A stretch of 19,089 nt of DNA from Vitrella brassicaformis CCMP3155 (GCA_001179505.1 CDMY01000803.1:1-19089), one strand, 5' to 3'; shown: positions 8,901 to 18,370, numbered from the stretch's first letter. Made by a program: numbers and translations. The notes: generated by a model not told the origin, from the letters alone.

Positions 8901-11040
8901 TATTGGGTGAGAAGACATGTACTGAAAGACTTGTCTCAGACGAGTCGCCTCCACTTTCTCTTCTCTCCCTTGTGCATGCAGGACGCCGTCTTTGCTCTGA
9001 GGTCACCAGTGTGTCTGCGTATGCCACTTTGTTCTTCAGGATTCTGCTGCATCTGTGCAGGCGCGTGTTGGTGCTGTTGGTCGCTCATATGGCTGTGGGC
9101 AATCCAGCCTTTCAGCTTGTCGGCTGGAGCATCATTGCGTTTGTCTGTCTGAATGTCCATCTGCTGGTGAAGCCATTCGACCATCGACACATGGACCTCT
9201 TGAATCGCGTGGAGGCTCGGGGGCTCACCACCTGGCTGGTTTCCATCATGCTGCTGTCTGTCATTATCCACGGCGAAACCAATGACTACATCAGTGCCAT
9301 ACTCTTGCTGCTGGCGATGATGCTCAGCCTTTATCACTACCTCATTCTCTTGTCGCTGATTTGCCACAACGGCCTCTGTGACTTGGCCGAAACCAAAGGC
9401 GAGCCCTCGACACCATCGCCGGCGCGTCGCACGACATTCGGTGAGTTAGACAATCGTCTGAAGCACGCCACCACTCACAATCTACTCGATGGCTTTTTTG
9501 TGTATGCTTGGCAGCGGGCTCCTGGCGACGCTGCCCATTTGGCGGCCAGCGGCGGCGTGTCTCTCCCGCCTCCTCGCCTGGCACACCCGACGGGCCGAAA
9601 AGCAACGCGAAAAATGTGGCAAAGTGTGTCTGGACTGGGAGAGCGGCAAACTGTCATGGACCGGAGACGGTGGCGATAAGGTGACGTCATCGCGTGGCCT
9701 CTACAGCCCCCGCAGGAGGCGGCGCTATGGCGGGGTACTTGGTTTCCTGCAGACGCTGTGGCATGGCCGCAGCAGCGAGTGGCGTCTGGCGAGGAGGAGT
9801 GCACTCATTTCGCGAATGCTGAGTGCAGCTGTGGAGGAGGCCATCGATCGACTGCAAATCAGAGATGTCAGCGTGTTCAGATCGACGTCGTCAACTCACA
9901 TATTTCGTCGTCAACTCACATATTTTATTGTGCTTACGTCAGGTTCCATTGGACTTCCTTGACTTCCTATTATGCTGGGCCTTTTACTTGAATTCGCCAT
10001 ACATGAGGGAACAAGTGAGACGGACAGAAGCAGCATTGATGGTTACCCTTGTGGCCGATCGTTTATGCAGTGTCGGCTCCGGTGGGAGTCGACCGTGTCT
10101 TCTGACCGACGATCTCAAGTTCGGCGTCGAAATACAAGAGGTGGTAAAATGCTTCTGCTGATTTCCTCTGTGGATGATTCTGCGCTGTTTGCCTTTACGC
10201 GGACAGGTGGCAGCCAGGACCATCCGACCAACAACGGCCTTAGAAGAGATTCTACAGAACAGGAGACGCAGATAGATGAGAGAGCCTTCATAGACGCTGG
10301 AAGGTGAGCACAGAAGGCGTCAGTAAGGTCTACGTCAATGAAGCACATGGGGGGGTGCAGATTTGTGCAAGAGTGCCAAAGGCAGGGAAGAGTAGGCATG
10401 ACACTTCACGATCTCCAGGTGAGCAGGCGCACGGTAGCAATACCACGTCAGTACATTCTTCGACTGTCCTTGGGTCTCTTGTCAGTCGAAGCTCCTTCTT
10501 GTCGTGGACGAGCTGGTCACTCACCAGCATGACTATGACGAATCCGTTTGCCGCAGAGCCAGGACAAGACAGCACGTCAGGAGCGTGTCAGGAGCTATTT
10601 TGATCACTCAGTATTCGAGCAGCAGTGAGTTCCAGGTCGACGCACACGTGGGAGGCTGGCGTCAGCTGTACAAGACTTATGAGAAGGCCAAGCAGAGAAT
10701 GAGACACGCCAGATCACAGGCGGTATACGACACACACGCAGGGGAGCTAAAAGTGTGCATGGCACTTCTTCTTGTGCAGGGCAATGGCCCCGATGACGAT
10801 GACAGTGAGCCGCCAACAGACGTACGGGGGATAGAACGCCGACAATGCGTTCACTGACAAACACATGTCTATGCTTTCTTTTCCCTTCTTTGTCAGGTAC
10901 ATGGCCATGGACAGGACGAAGACGCACAACTCAGAGAGCCTGTTGATGGAGAGCGGGTGCTGGCGGTTGATGTCTCGTGTGTCAATGGGAGTGAGCCGGC
11001 TGAGCGTAGAGTGGAGGCTTCAATGGACGAAGACATGTGA
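2957..11040 (+). CDS. Multi-exon receptor-like membrane protein: signal peptide, LRR ectodomain, Cys-rich (GCC2/GCC3-/EGF-like) repeats, ~9 TM segments with TRP/FLC-like motif, cytoplasmic tail
   Basis: Phase-compatible GT-AG exons traced by hand: 2957-3607, 3675-4043, 4110-4409, 4573-4644, 4704-5002, 5061-5237, 5289-~5460, [5460-5940 unresolved], ~5938-6180, 6286-6379, 6506-6570, 6639-6786, 6863-6997, 7083-7209, 7274-7408, 7476-7575, 7668-7837, 7891-7960, 8013-8690, 8793-8813, 8880-8906, 8982-9001, 9061-9440, [9440-10821 only partly resolved], 10897-11040 (TGA). Hydrophobic N-terminus MQGVLVFLELWLALLPIQA. Splicing restores LxxLxLxxNxLxGxIP repeats, CEAGSFS/CPAGQY repeats and RFGFLYQGYKHGYAYW. 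Confidence 0.85.
4101..4409 (+). repeat. Duplicated LRR exon module, copy A
   Basis: 100-codon exon 4110-4409 is 66% identical in protein to 4704-5002. The copies share the tgttgcag acceptor and a 32-nt identical core cttcctgctgagtggggctcactcacaaaact. Confidence 0.93.
4495..4560. repeat. (TG)n microsatellite in intron
   Basis: Interrupted TG run directly visible upstream of the 4572 acceptor. Confidence 0.95.
4695..5002 (+). repeat. Duplicated LRR exon module, copy B
   Basis: Paralogous to 4101-4409. Confidence 0.93.
6639..7750 (+). other. Cys-rich repeat region (GCC2/GCC3-/TNFR-/EGF-like)
   Basis: CRCISGYAGEGQNCTKCEAGSFS, CHLCPSGS, CTCIDGYF, CQRCPAGQY, CYCTKGF, and CA|EGHHGFVCGLCEDGY just before the first TM segment. 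Confidence 0.85.
7755..9370 (+). other. Multi-pass transmembrane domain (~9 hydrophobic segments), TRP/FLC-like
   Basis: Hydrophobic segments by eye, with spliced motifs KLILNHM, FMHPTVTRNMLMLLRC, GIAGLVLW, RFGFLYQGYKHGYAYWDAVFALRR and LLVKPF. Confidence 0.8.
9886..9925. repeat. Perfect 20-bp tandem duplication in intron
   Basis: cgtcgtcaactcacatattt x2. Confidence 0.95.
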
Positions 11041-12049
11041 GGACGGTATGAGTCTTGCTACACACTAACTAGCCACGTAGGCTTGTACGCCTATCATTTG
11101 GGTATATTTTTCCCCCCGCGAGCTCCTCTTTTTCTTCGTGAGCGCACTCTTTTTCTTCTGTGTTCATGCAATTGAGAGCCAGATGAACTTAGGGCAGGTT
11201 TCGACGAACGGAGATATGCCAGGATAGGCCATGAGTGTTTACCACTGATCAGAGACATAGGAGGCACACAGGAGTGGGCCCTTCTCGTCTTTGGTATCTT
11301 TCTTCCTTGTGCGGCCCTATTTTTCTTCGCGGTGCCCTTTGTCTAGTTTGTCATATGTTGTGTGCGTGTGGTACCCATTGTGTAGCACTTCACGGGAGGG
11401 GCTATTTGTTCAGCAGTTCAGACATGCTACGTGAGACAGGTAGAAGTAGAACTAACATACGTGACAGTGACAGAAAATGCAAGACGCCATAGTGCGACAC
11501 AAATCATCTCACTCCACACAGCCTATCTGTCTTTCAGAGACACAATTCGTTCTCATTCGAAATGGACTTGGCGGCATGCGAAACGGACTTGTTTATCGGT
11601 GGACTTCTAAAGTTCGATCGCAACCAAGATCAGATGCATGTTTTTAGCCTCTCTGTCTGTCACTGTGTGTGTGTGCATACATATGGTGCATTGACCATTC
11701 ACGTGGGCACAGGAAACAAAAGTGCTGGACTATGCTGGCTGCACATCACCGTAGATATCTGCAACCGTTATGCAAGGGCTCTTCCACTGCCTGACCCCCT
11801 GACGGACGGACATGTCAATGGTTGACTGGCCCATGGACGAGCAGAAAAGCACTCACTTCACCCACTTCAAGATGAGCAGTCTTCCTTCATTCACAACAGA
11901 CACAACAACACACACCCATCACCCATCCACGCGCTGGTATACACGACTCGGCCGGTTTCCTCGCTAGTACACACAAGGGAAGGCATACATAAAGGCACCA
12001 CGTCGGCAGACGGGCAAAGAGGAAAAACCCGTGGCCTCTGTATGTCCAA

Positions 12050-12080
12050 CTGTCTGTCTGTCTGTCTGTCTGTGTCTGTC
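12050..12080. repeat. (TGTC)n microsatellite
   Basis: Directly visible. Confidence 0.9.
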
Positions 12081-12254
12081 TCACTCTCCGAAAAGAAAAC
12101 GACAATTGACAATCTGTGCAATGACTGGCGGCGAGGTCCTCAAGCACACCACCATGTATCTACCTCTTCCTCCCCCGCCACACCACGTCCCCCAGCTGCT
12201 GCCCTAGCAGTCTCATCACGACAGTGTGCGTGTGGCAGTGAGGGGCCGACTCGG

Positions 12255-13192
12255 TCATGTACAAGTCAACATACCGGCAATCCCCCCAATCACTGCCATG
12301 TTCCCCTCGCCCATCGCCGCACTCTCCAGCACCAGAAGAGCCGCCAATGTCGAACACAGCCGCCCCCGCCCCCCACCGTGCCTCATCGCTGGGCGGGGCT
12401 GCCAGCAGTGCATCCACACCGACATGCAGCAGAGTCGCGACGGAAAGACATCCAGGACCTGACCCGACGGATGTGGCCGCCGCGCCAAACCCAGTAGAAC
12501 ACCATGAACGATGTGTAGTTGGGGGTACGTCCAGTCTCTCAGCTGAGTGGGCGGTGGGCGTGGTCGAATGGTGCATGAGGGAAGAGGGAGGTGGGCGTGG
12601 TGAAAAGGGTGGTGGAGGAGGAGCTTGTCGCCATCCATCAGTCGCATCTGTTGGTCTCCCACAGTGAGCCCCCAGCTGAGGATCGTCCACTGCCGGACCG
12701 CCTCCTTCTCATACATGAAGGCCGCCCGATCGCCGAAGACGCCGAAGGTGCCATCACACTCAGCACCAGCGGCCTCCTGCCTCTCGGCAAATACAGCATC
12801 TCGAGCACAAGCTTCCGTCTGGCCCACCTGCCGCCCACCTCCAGCATGAACAGTCAGCGGCTGAGCTGTTCGATGAGCATCCTCGTCGGTGTCGATAAGG
12901 CGGAAGTAGGCCACGTGTGAGTAGCTCGTCACGTGGTGGGCAATTCTCGGCATCATGACGCCCAACACATCTCGAAGGCTGGCGCCCTCGTGCTGCTGCT
13001 GCTGCTGCTGTTGATTGACGGACGATACATTGCGGGCACCTGCAACTCAATCAACACACAGACGGCTGTGTGTCAGCCTAGATTGTGCTTTTCACAGTGA
13101 AAGTGCTGGTCACCATTGGCAGAAGACGCGGCTGATGGTGCTGATTGCGCGTCAGTAGAGGCACCAACTCCTTCAGCAGCAGTGCCCGACAT
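12255..13192 (-). CDS. Hypothetical protein, two exons, polyQ tract; 3' half possibly frameshifted
   Basis: Exon 13192-13114 (MSGTAAEGVGASTDAQSAPSAASSAN, phase 1), GT-AG intron 13113-13040, then exon 13039-12255 in frame with ORF 12255..12968 (GARNVSSVNQQQQQQQHEGASLRDVLGVMMPRIAHHVTSY...). No known domain recognised. Confidence 0.6.
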
Positions 13193-13539
13193 CTGCGCGT
13201 TCTCAGACAGACAGACGCCTCGTCACTCTGTGAACATCTGCTTGTCAGTCATGCTGGGACAGACAATCCAGGAACGCCGCACACCACCAACACGCACACG
13301 CACGACACAAACATACATACATACATACACGTGATTGTGTCCACGCTTCAGTGGCAAGTAATGAGCGTCGATGGTTGTGTATTAAGCAAGCGGCTGGGCC
13401 ACAATTGCCATCACTCTCGAATCCACAGTGAAGCGAAACCCTAATCAGCCCTTCTGTCCAGTTTTGCCCACACCAAGAGAGCGCAACAAGCGGATGTTGG
13501 GTGGCAAGTAATGAGCTGGCGTCCCCGTGTGCCTCCTCA

Positions 13540-13775
13540 TAGCGTCGCTTCCAGTCATCCCTCTCCCTCTCTCATTGATCTCTTTCAGCGTTGTAGTCGT
13601 CCCTCTGCCGTCTGATCTCCTCCAGAAGCGCCGCGTGCGCCATCTGCTAGTCTCCCATCTGCTTCTGCACCATCTCCATCATGTAAGCAAAGTGGAAACG
13701 CTCGACTGCGCGTCGGATAGCGCGTCGTCGTCGGTGCTCATGGTCAGCAGCTCGATCGCTGATCAGGGATCAGCT
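13540..13775 (-). pseudogene. Decayed coiled-coil-like coding remnant
   Basis: One minus frame reads DHEHRRRRAIRRAVERFHFAYMMEMVQKQMGD*QMAHAALLEEIRRQRDDYNAERDQ*ERERM, a helical E/R/Q-rich composition interrupted by TAG (13649-13647) and TGA (13574-13572). Confidence 0.35.
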
Positions 13776-14219
13776 TGATCGCTGAATAAGCCGCAGCTGA
13801 GTGTTTGGTGACGGCATGCCCGTCTGCCCGTGTGTATCGTCTCCCTCACGCCCACCTTGCCGTCACTGCATACACACACACTGAGGCACACACACAGAGG
13901 CGACGTATGTCTGACATTCATTCATTCCTGTCATCCTGCTGACCTTGCAGCACTCGCTGAGCGCCCGATGACAACCGTTGCAGCTCAAACAAGCAAGCAA
14001 GCAAACACACCCATGATGACGAACCTCAGCCAATTGCGATCACATCTGTCAGCCTGCTCTGGCCGATTTCTCTGTCTCTGATCTCACCTCTCTCCTCAAG
14101 CTAAGCTAAGCCCATTCCTCGTTTGGTCAAGCCACCCTCAGCCAAGCTTGCAGCGCTGATGCAGTTGTCTGGCCAGGTGATTCACGACAAAAAAGCCTCC
14201 ACTTGACATCAGCTACTGC

Positions 14220-14515
14220 GAGCATCGGATCTCCTGTGTACCTGCCTGGTGCGTGCAGAAGCCCCTCACTCACCGACAGACATCATTTCGTCCCTGTTCG
14301 ATTGACTGGGAAAGAGCCTTCCACTTGGTCTCGCTTTCACCAGCAGGCAGAGAGGCACTGATGGCCCTCCAGGATGCCACACAAATGAAACTGAGGGTAA
14401 AGAAGACACGCACGTCGCCGTGGCCAAGGTGGGAGGCCACGCAGGGCAAAGGGCCGCAATCCAGATGTGTTGGCGCCGACGATAACTCGGATGCCTTGTG
14501 CATATATCTGTCACA
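14220..14515 (+). mobile_element. Possible hAT-like transposase remnant
   Basis: FHLVSLSPAGREALMALQDATQMKLRVKKTRTSPWPRWEATQ...ALCIYL loosely fits the hAT 'F..SP.R...L...Q...l.l....RW.S...al..yl' segment. Pattern recall only. Confidence 0.35.
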
Positions 14516-15269
14516 TCGCACACACACCGTCACACAAACAGAGGGGAATGTATTTCAGCTGGGATGTTTCTGCGTGATCTGTGTCCATCCCTTTGCACGT
14601 CTAAGCTCGCATCCTTTGGCGACCGCTCCGCGTGGAGGCATTTTTGCATTGCAGGTGCGCATGAAGGCTGCTGCCGTGCTCATCTGAGTACTAGTGATGC
14701 GTGGGGCTTGCGAATTTCGTGAATGCGTGCAGCAGCGACACGGGTCAGTGTCAAAAGTGGGTGTGCAGCACGGAGGGTTTGGAGCTGGTCACAGTGCGGC
14801 TGCGTGTGTGTACTTCTATGTGGGTGGGCAGGCAGACAAAGTGCATGAGAGATGAGTGACCCAATTCGTTATCACCTGAAACGGACTTTTTCTCAGGTGA
14901 AAACAGACTTCAGCGTGCGCTCCTGTGATCGCTCTGCTCCTCTTTAGAGGTCTCACACATCAGTGTAATGATAGTGATTCTGCAATGGGACGTGCCGCTG
15001 GATGAGACATGAACGAACGAATCACTCTGTCATTCTCTCGAGTCACATGATTATGTGCTTGTTTGTCAGTCAACAATCAATGATGGATCATTGTCATTCA
15101 TTCATTTATTCAATTCATTCATTCATTCAGTGAATCACTGCATCAATACAGACAACCCTCCTCGGTTGCTTCGCTTGGGAGACGGCCGTGATCCTGGCCT
15201 GACTGGCCACGAGGTGGCCGGCCATGGATGTTTCACATCACCCATACGTGGTCACCAAAGCCAGCCACC

Positions 15270-15479
15270 CACCCCGTGGAAGCCTCCTCCCTTTTTTTTT
15301 CATTCACTTCCTTTTTTTATTCTTATTTGCGAATTTTTAAAATTACTCCTTCGATTTTTTGAGGGGTTTGGGACGTTTTAAAATGGAGATGGCTGGTTTG
15401 GAGGTGGCGAAGTGAAGAGGGTTTAAACGTGTTTTCAATGGCTAAAACAAGCCTCAAGCAAGCCTCAAAATAACATCTC
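15270..15479 (+). repeat. Left-end repeat copy 1
   Basis: 22-bp terminal motif, divergent T-rich spacer, then a 134-bp core (15346-15479) matching 15810-15943 with 1 mismatch. Confidence 0.95.
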
Positions 15480-15722
15480 GTCGAATGAGTGAGAGTCCCG
15501 AAAGAAATCAGCACAAATCGCCGAATTCCGTGTAACCGACACCAGTGCGCTTGCCGCCTTTTACCCGAACGACAGGGCGCAATTGCGACTAGAACCAGAG
15601 TCGTCTCTGGCAGCGTCCGTGCGCATATATTTCATCAACCAGATCGACCTTGAAGCGTTCGCAAGGAGATTGCGGTGGACCTAGCGGTGAGCAAGTTTTC
15701 AGCGGGTATGGTCTCCTTTGCA

Positions 15723-15943
15723 CACCCCGTGGAAGCCTCCTCCCTTGTCTTTGAATTTCTTTAAGATTACTTCCCTTTTTCTATTTGTATTTGCAAATTT
15801 TTAAAGTTGCTCCTTCGATTTTTTGAGGGGTTTGGGATGTTTTAAAATGGAGATGGCTGGTTTGGAGGTGGCGAAGTGAAGAGGGTTTAAACGTGTTTTC
15901 AATGGCTAAAACAAGCCTCAAGCAAGCCTCAAAATAACATCTC
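15723..15943 (+). repeat. Left-end repeat copy 2
   Basis: As copy 1; runs into poly-C and the gap. Confidence 0.95.
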
Positions 15944-15945
15944 CG

Positions 15946-16296
15946 CCCCCCCCCCCCCCCCCCCCCCCCCCCCCCNNNNNNNNNNNNNNNNNNNNNNNNN
16001 NNNNNNNNNNNNNNNNNNNNNNNNNNNNNNNNNNNNNNNNNNNNNNNNNNNNNNNNNNNNNNNNNNNNNNNNNNNNNNNNNNNNNNNNNNNNNNNNNNNN
16101 NNNNNNNNNNNNNNNNNNNNNNNNNNNNNNNNNNNNNNNNNNNNNNNNNNNNNNNNNNNNNNNNNNNNNNNNNNNNNNNNNNNNNNNNNNNNNNNNNNNN
16201 NNNNNNNNNNNNNNNNNNNNNNNNNNNNNNNNNNNNNNNNNNNNNNNNNNNNNNNNNNNNNNNNNNNNNNNNNNNCCCCCCCCCCCCCCCCCCCCC
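15946..16296. other. Assembly gap (300 N, 15976-16275) flanked by poly-C (30 C left, 21 C right)
   Basis: Directly visible. Confidence 0.99.
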
Positions 16297-16457
16297 GGTC
16301 ATCGCCTAAAGTTCTTAAAATTTTCTCCTCGGTTTTTTATTTATTTGCGTTGTTTTAAATATTTTTCGCCTATTTGGCGGTTTTTAAATATTTTTCGGCA
16401 CATTTGGGACGTTTTAAAAAATGCTCGATCAGGGGAGGAGGCTTCCACGGGGTGGGT

Positions 16458-16933
16458 TGTGACCGGAACTGGCCGCTTCCTCAGTCCTTCGTCAGTTGTC
16501 TCGGTGGATGCCCACCCACCACCGGCAGATACCGAGTGGTAGCTCTTATGTGAGACTCGCGCCAACCGACGGCCATTACTCCTGTCCGCTGATGCACCAG
16601 GGCGTGCCGCCATGCACTGTCGCTTGTCCGATGCACCCCAAGGACCTACCGACCCGGACTGCAAGTTCTTGCCCAGTCCGCATCTGTCTGCGTCTCCCAG
16701 GCAGCCCCTTGGCCCAGCCGCCGGGATACACGTGTGGTCAGTTTCTCTCGTATCAACAATATCAACAAAATCGACAACTATATTGGAATGGGAGTTCCTC
16801 TGTGCCTGTACACTCAGAGCGCCAACCGAGCCTGTCTCCTTCAAGAATGAGCTCTTCATCAAAGAATGCGCACGTAGGGCGTCGTCTGCCGATGCTGTGT
16901 CCTCTCGCCCGCCCTGAAGCGGAGGACTCATCC
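16458..16933 (-). pseudogene. Truncated N-terminal part of pol frame (-1 relative to gag)
   Basis: Frame is open from the slippery site through the TIR junction (ORF 16341..16931). No clear protease D-T/S-G motif; FLKETGS at ~16847-16827 is only a weak candidate. Confidence 0.5.
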
Positions 16934-16940
16934 GTTTCCC
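16876..16940 (-). promoter_or_regulatory. -1 programmed ribosomal frameshift signal (G GGA AAC, 6-nt spacer, H-type pseudoknot)
   Basis: Heptamer 16940-16934 is correctly phased to gag codons, one codon before the TGA. Stem 1: gtcctccgc / gcg(a)gaggac (16927-16899). Stem 2: loop agggcg / downstream cgccct (16881-16876). Confidence 0.8.
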
Positions 16941-18307
16941 AGCTGCGGGAGGTCAGGAGCAGGGAGCGCTCTAACTTGAACAGTGTTTGCCCCTGGCAGT
17001 GTCGCTCCTTGCATTTGTCTAGGGGAAGGTGTCCATCCCTTCGGTCGCGTTCTACATCGGGCCCACTTGTGTCCATAGACGCCGCAGTAGAGACATCTGC
17101 CTGGGAACTTTCCTGCCCACTTATCAGTCCTCTTGTCTGGGTCTTGTGTCACTGCTCTCTCTTCTTTTCTGTGTCTGTCCGACGCGTCTCGTTGCCCCTT
17201 TAGGTCGGCCACTTCCGCCTTGAGTGCATTAATGGATGCTGTGAGAGAGACCATGCCGTCCCGGCTCTCCGTCTGTTTCTGCTTGTCGATGCCATCTGCA
17301 GGTCTCCCACCGACCGCATTGATCTCAAATCGTGCACATTTCGACGGTCTTGTCCTCTCGGCATCGCTCTCGCCATCGTCGTCACCGTGGCCATTGCCGC
17401 GTTTGCGTGTCCGCAACAGCCAGACCTCTGCACTCAATCCGAGCTCCTTTACGGCGCTGAATGTGTGGGGGTCGTCGTCTTTGCGGTATATTTCGTCTTT
17501 CAGTCTAGGCAGCAGGCCATCAATGAATAGCTCGACTGCCTCTCTCTCCGATTTGCGCGTGCGTGTCTTCTGGTAGAGGTCGTTGAACTCATTGTATGCA
17601 TCTTGGAACGATTGCGTGGACTTCTGCTTCCAGCTCTTCATCTGCTCAGCTACGGCGAGTGTCTTAGCCTGTTTCTGACCAGATTCTTCAACCAAGAAGC
17701 TCAAGAGCATCCCGAGCTGTACGGCTTGACTCTTGTCCTCCCAATTGGCCTGCATGCTCATCCATCGAGTGACGTGGGTGCGTGCAGTGCCTTGTAAGGC
17801 GCTCATAATGAATGGAAGTATCTGCCCTTCTCTGAGATTCAACATGTTCTCAGCCAGTTTGATCTCGTCAATGAAGGCCTCAACAGCATGGTCTGCGCTG
17901 CCATCAAATTGCCTGATTGACACCGCCGGTTTCTGTAGATCATTTCGTATGTTCAAGGCAGCCAGCCTTAATGAGAGCTCGTCCACCCGATCACTCAGCG
18001 TCTCCTGTGATGCGACCCGGCCTGAACGAGAGCTGACTGTCTCGTGTGTCGGTGTGTGTTCTGCCTCTGGCAGCGCTACGATGCCATCGGTGTCCTCCGT
18101 GTGGTTGGATGGTGAGACAACGACATCCCGTTCCTGTCGCGCAATCGATGCACGCCGTGTCTGTCTCCTCATTGCCTTCTTGCTGCGATGCAGCGCCAAT
18201 ATCGCACCCTTCACACGTCCCTTTCGCTTGCGTCGTTGCGTCCGTGCTTTCACCACCTGTGCGGGAGCTGCAGCTTCCGTATTCAGACCGCTCCGAGTCC
18301 TCGCCAT
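16928..18307 (-). CDS. gag: Retrotransposon Gag protein (capsid + CCHC zinc knuckle), 459 aa from first ATG
   Basis: IRQFDGSADHAVEAFIDEI...ALQGTARTHVTRW (capsid N-terminal), KQKSTQSFQDAYNEFNDLY...LFIDGLLPRLKDEI (major-homology-region-like) and CLYCGVYGHKWARC (CX2CX4HX4C). ORF uninterrupted. Confidence 0.92.
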   Translation of the reverse strand: MARTRSGLNTEAAAPAQVVKARTQRRKRKGRVKGAILALHRSKKAMRRQTRRASIARQERDVVVSPSNHTEDTDGIVALPEAEHTPTHETVSSRSGRVASQETLSDRVDELSLRLAALNIRNDLQKPAVSIRQFDGSADHAVEAFIDEIKLAENMLNLREGQILPFIMSALQGTARTHVTRWMSMQANWEDKSQAVQLGMLLSFLVEESGQKQAKTLAVAEQMKSWKQKSTQSFQDAYNEFNDLYQKTRTRKSEREAVELFIDGLLPRLKDEIYRKDDDPHTFSAVKELGLSAEVWLLRTRKRGNGHGDDDGESDAERTRPSKCARFEINAVGGRPADGIDKQKQTESRDGMVSLTASINALKAEVADLKGQRDASDRHRKEERAVTQDPDKRTDKWAGKFPGRCLYCGVYGHKWARCRTRPKGWTPSPRQMQGATLPGANTVQVRALPAPDLPQLGNG

Positions 18308-18370
18308 GATCACGTGTCCAGTCGTGTCACCTCACTACCGTCCTCACTTCACAGACCGCTCCGCGTAGGC

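Larger units (their letters stand above)
15267..16457. mobile_element. AT-rich element bounded by 25-bp terminal inverted repeats, with a nested second left end; interior hidden by gap
   Basis: acccaccccgtggaagcctcctccc at 15267-15291 is the exact reverse complement of 16433-16457. A third 22-bp copy is at 15723-15744. No TSD found. Confidence 0.65.

Noticed and set aside
11041-12150. Search for RNA genes or extra exons in the convergent intergenic region
   Set aside because: No tRNA or rRNA-like structure and no coherent reading frame; only microsatellites and pyrimidine runs.
14872-14900. 8-bp inverted repeat tcacctga...tcaggtga
   Set aside because: Short enough to arise by chance in 19 kb and has no supporting context.
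15270-15943. CRISPR-like or LTR-pair interpretation of the direct repeats
   Set aside because: Only two long copies in a eukaryotic context, with no TG...CA termini, PBS or PPT; the inverted third copy fits TIR ends better.
15781-16302. Gly-rich ORF spanning the gap
   Set aside because: Artefact of poly-C and N runs.
16827-16847. FLKETGS as an aspartic protease active site
   Set aside because: The catalytic Asp is absent and no downstream ILG-D-type motif is seen; too weak to call.
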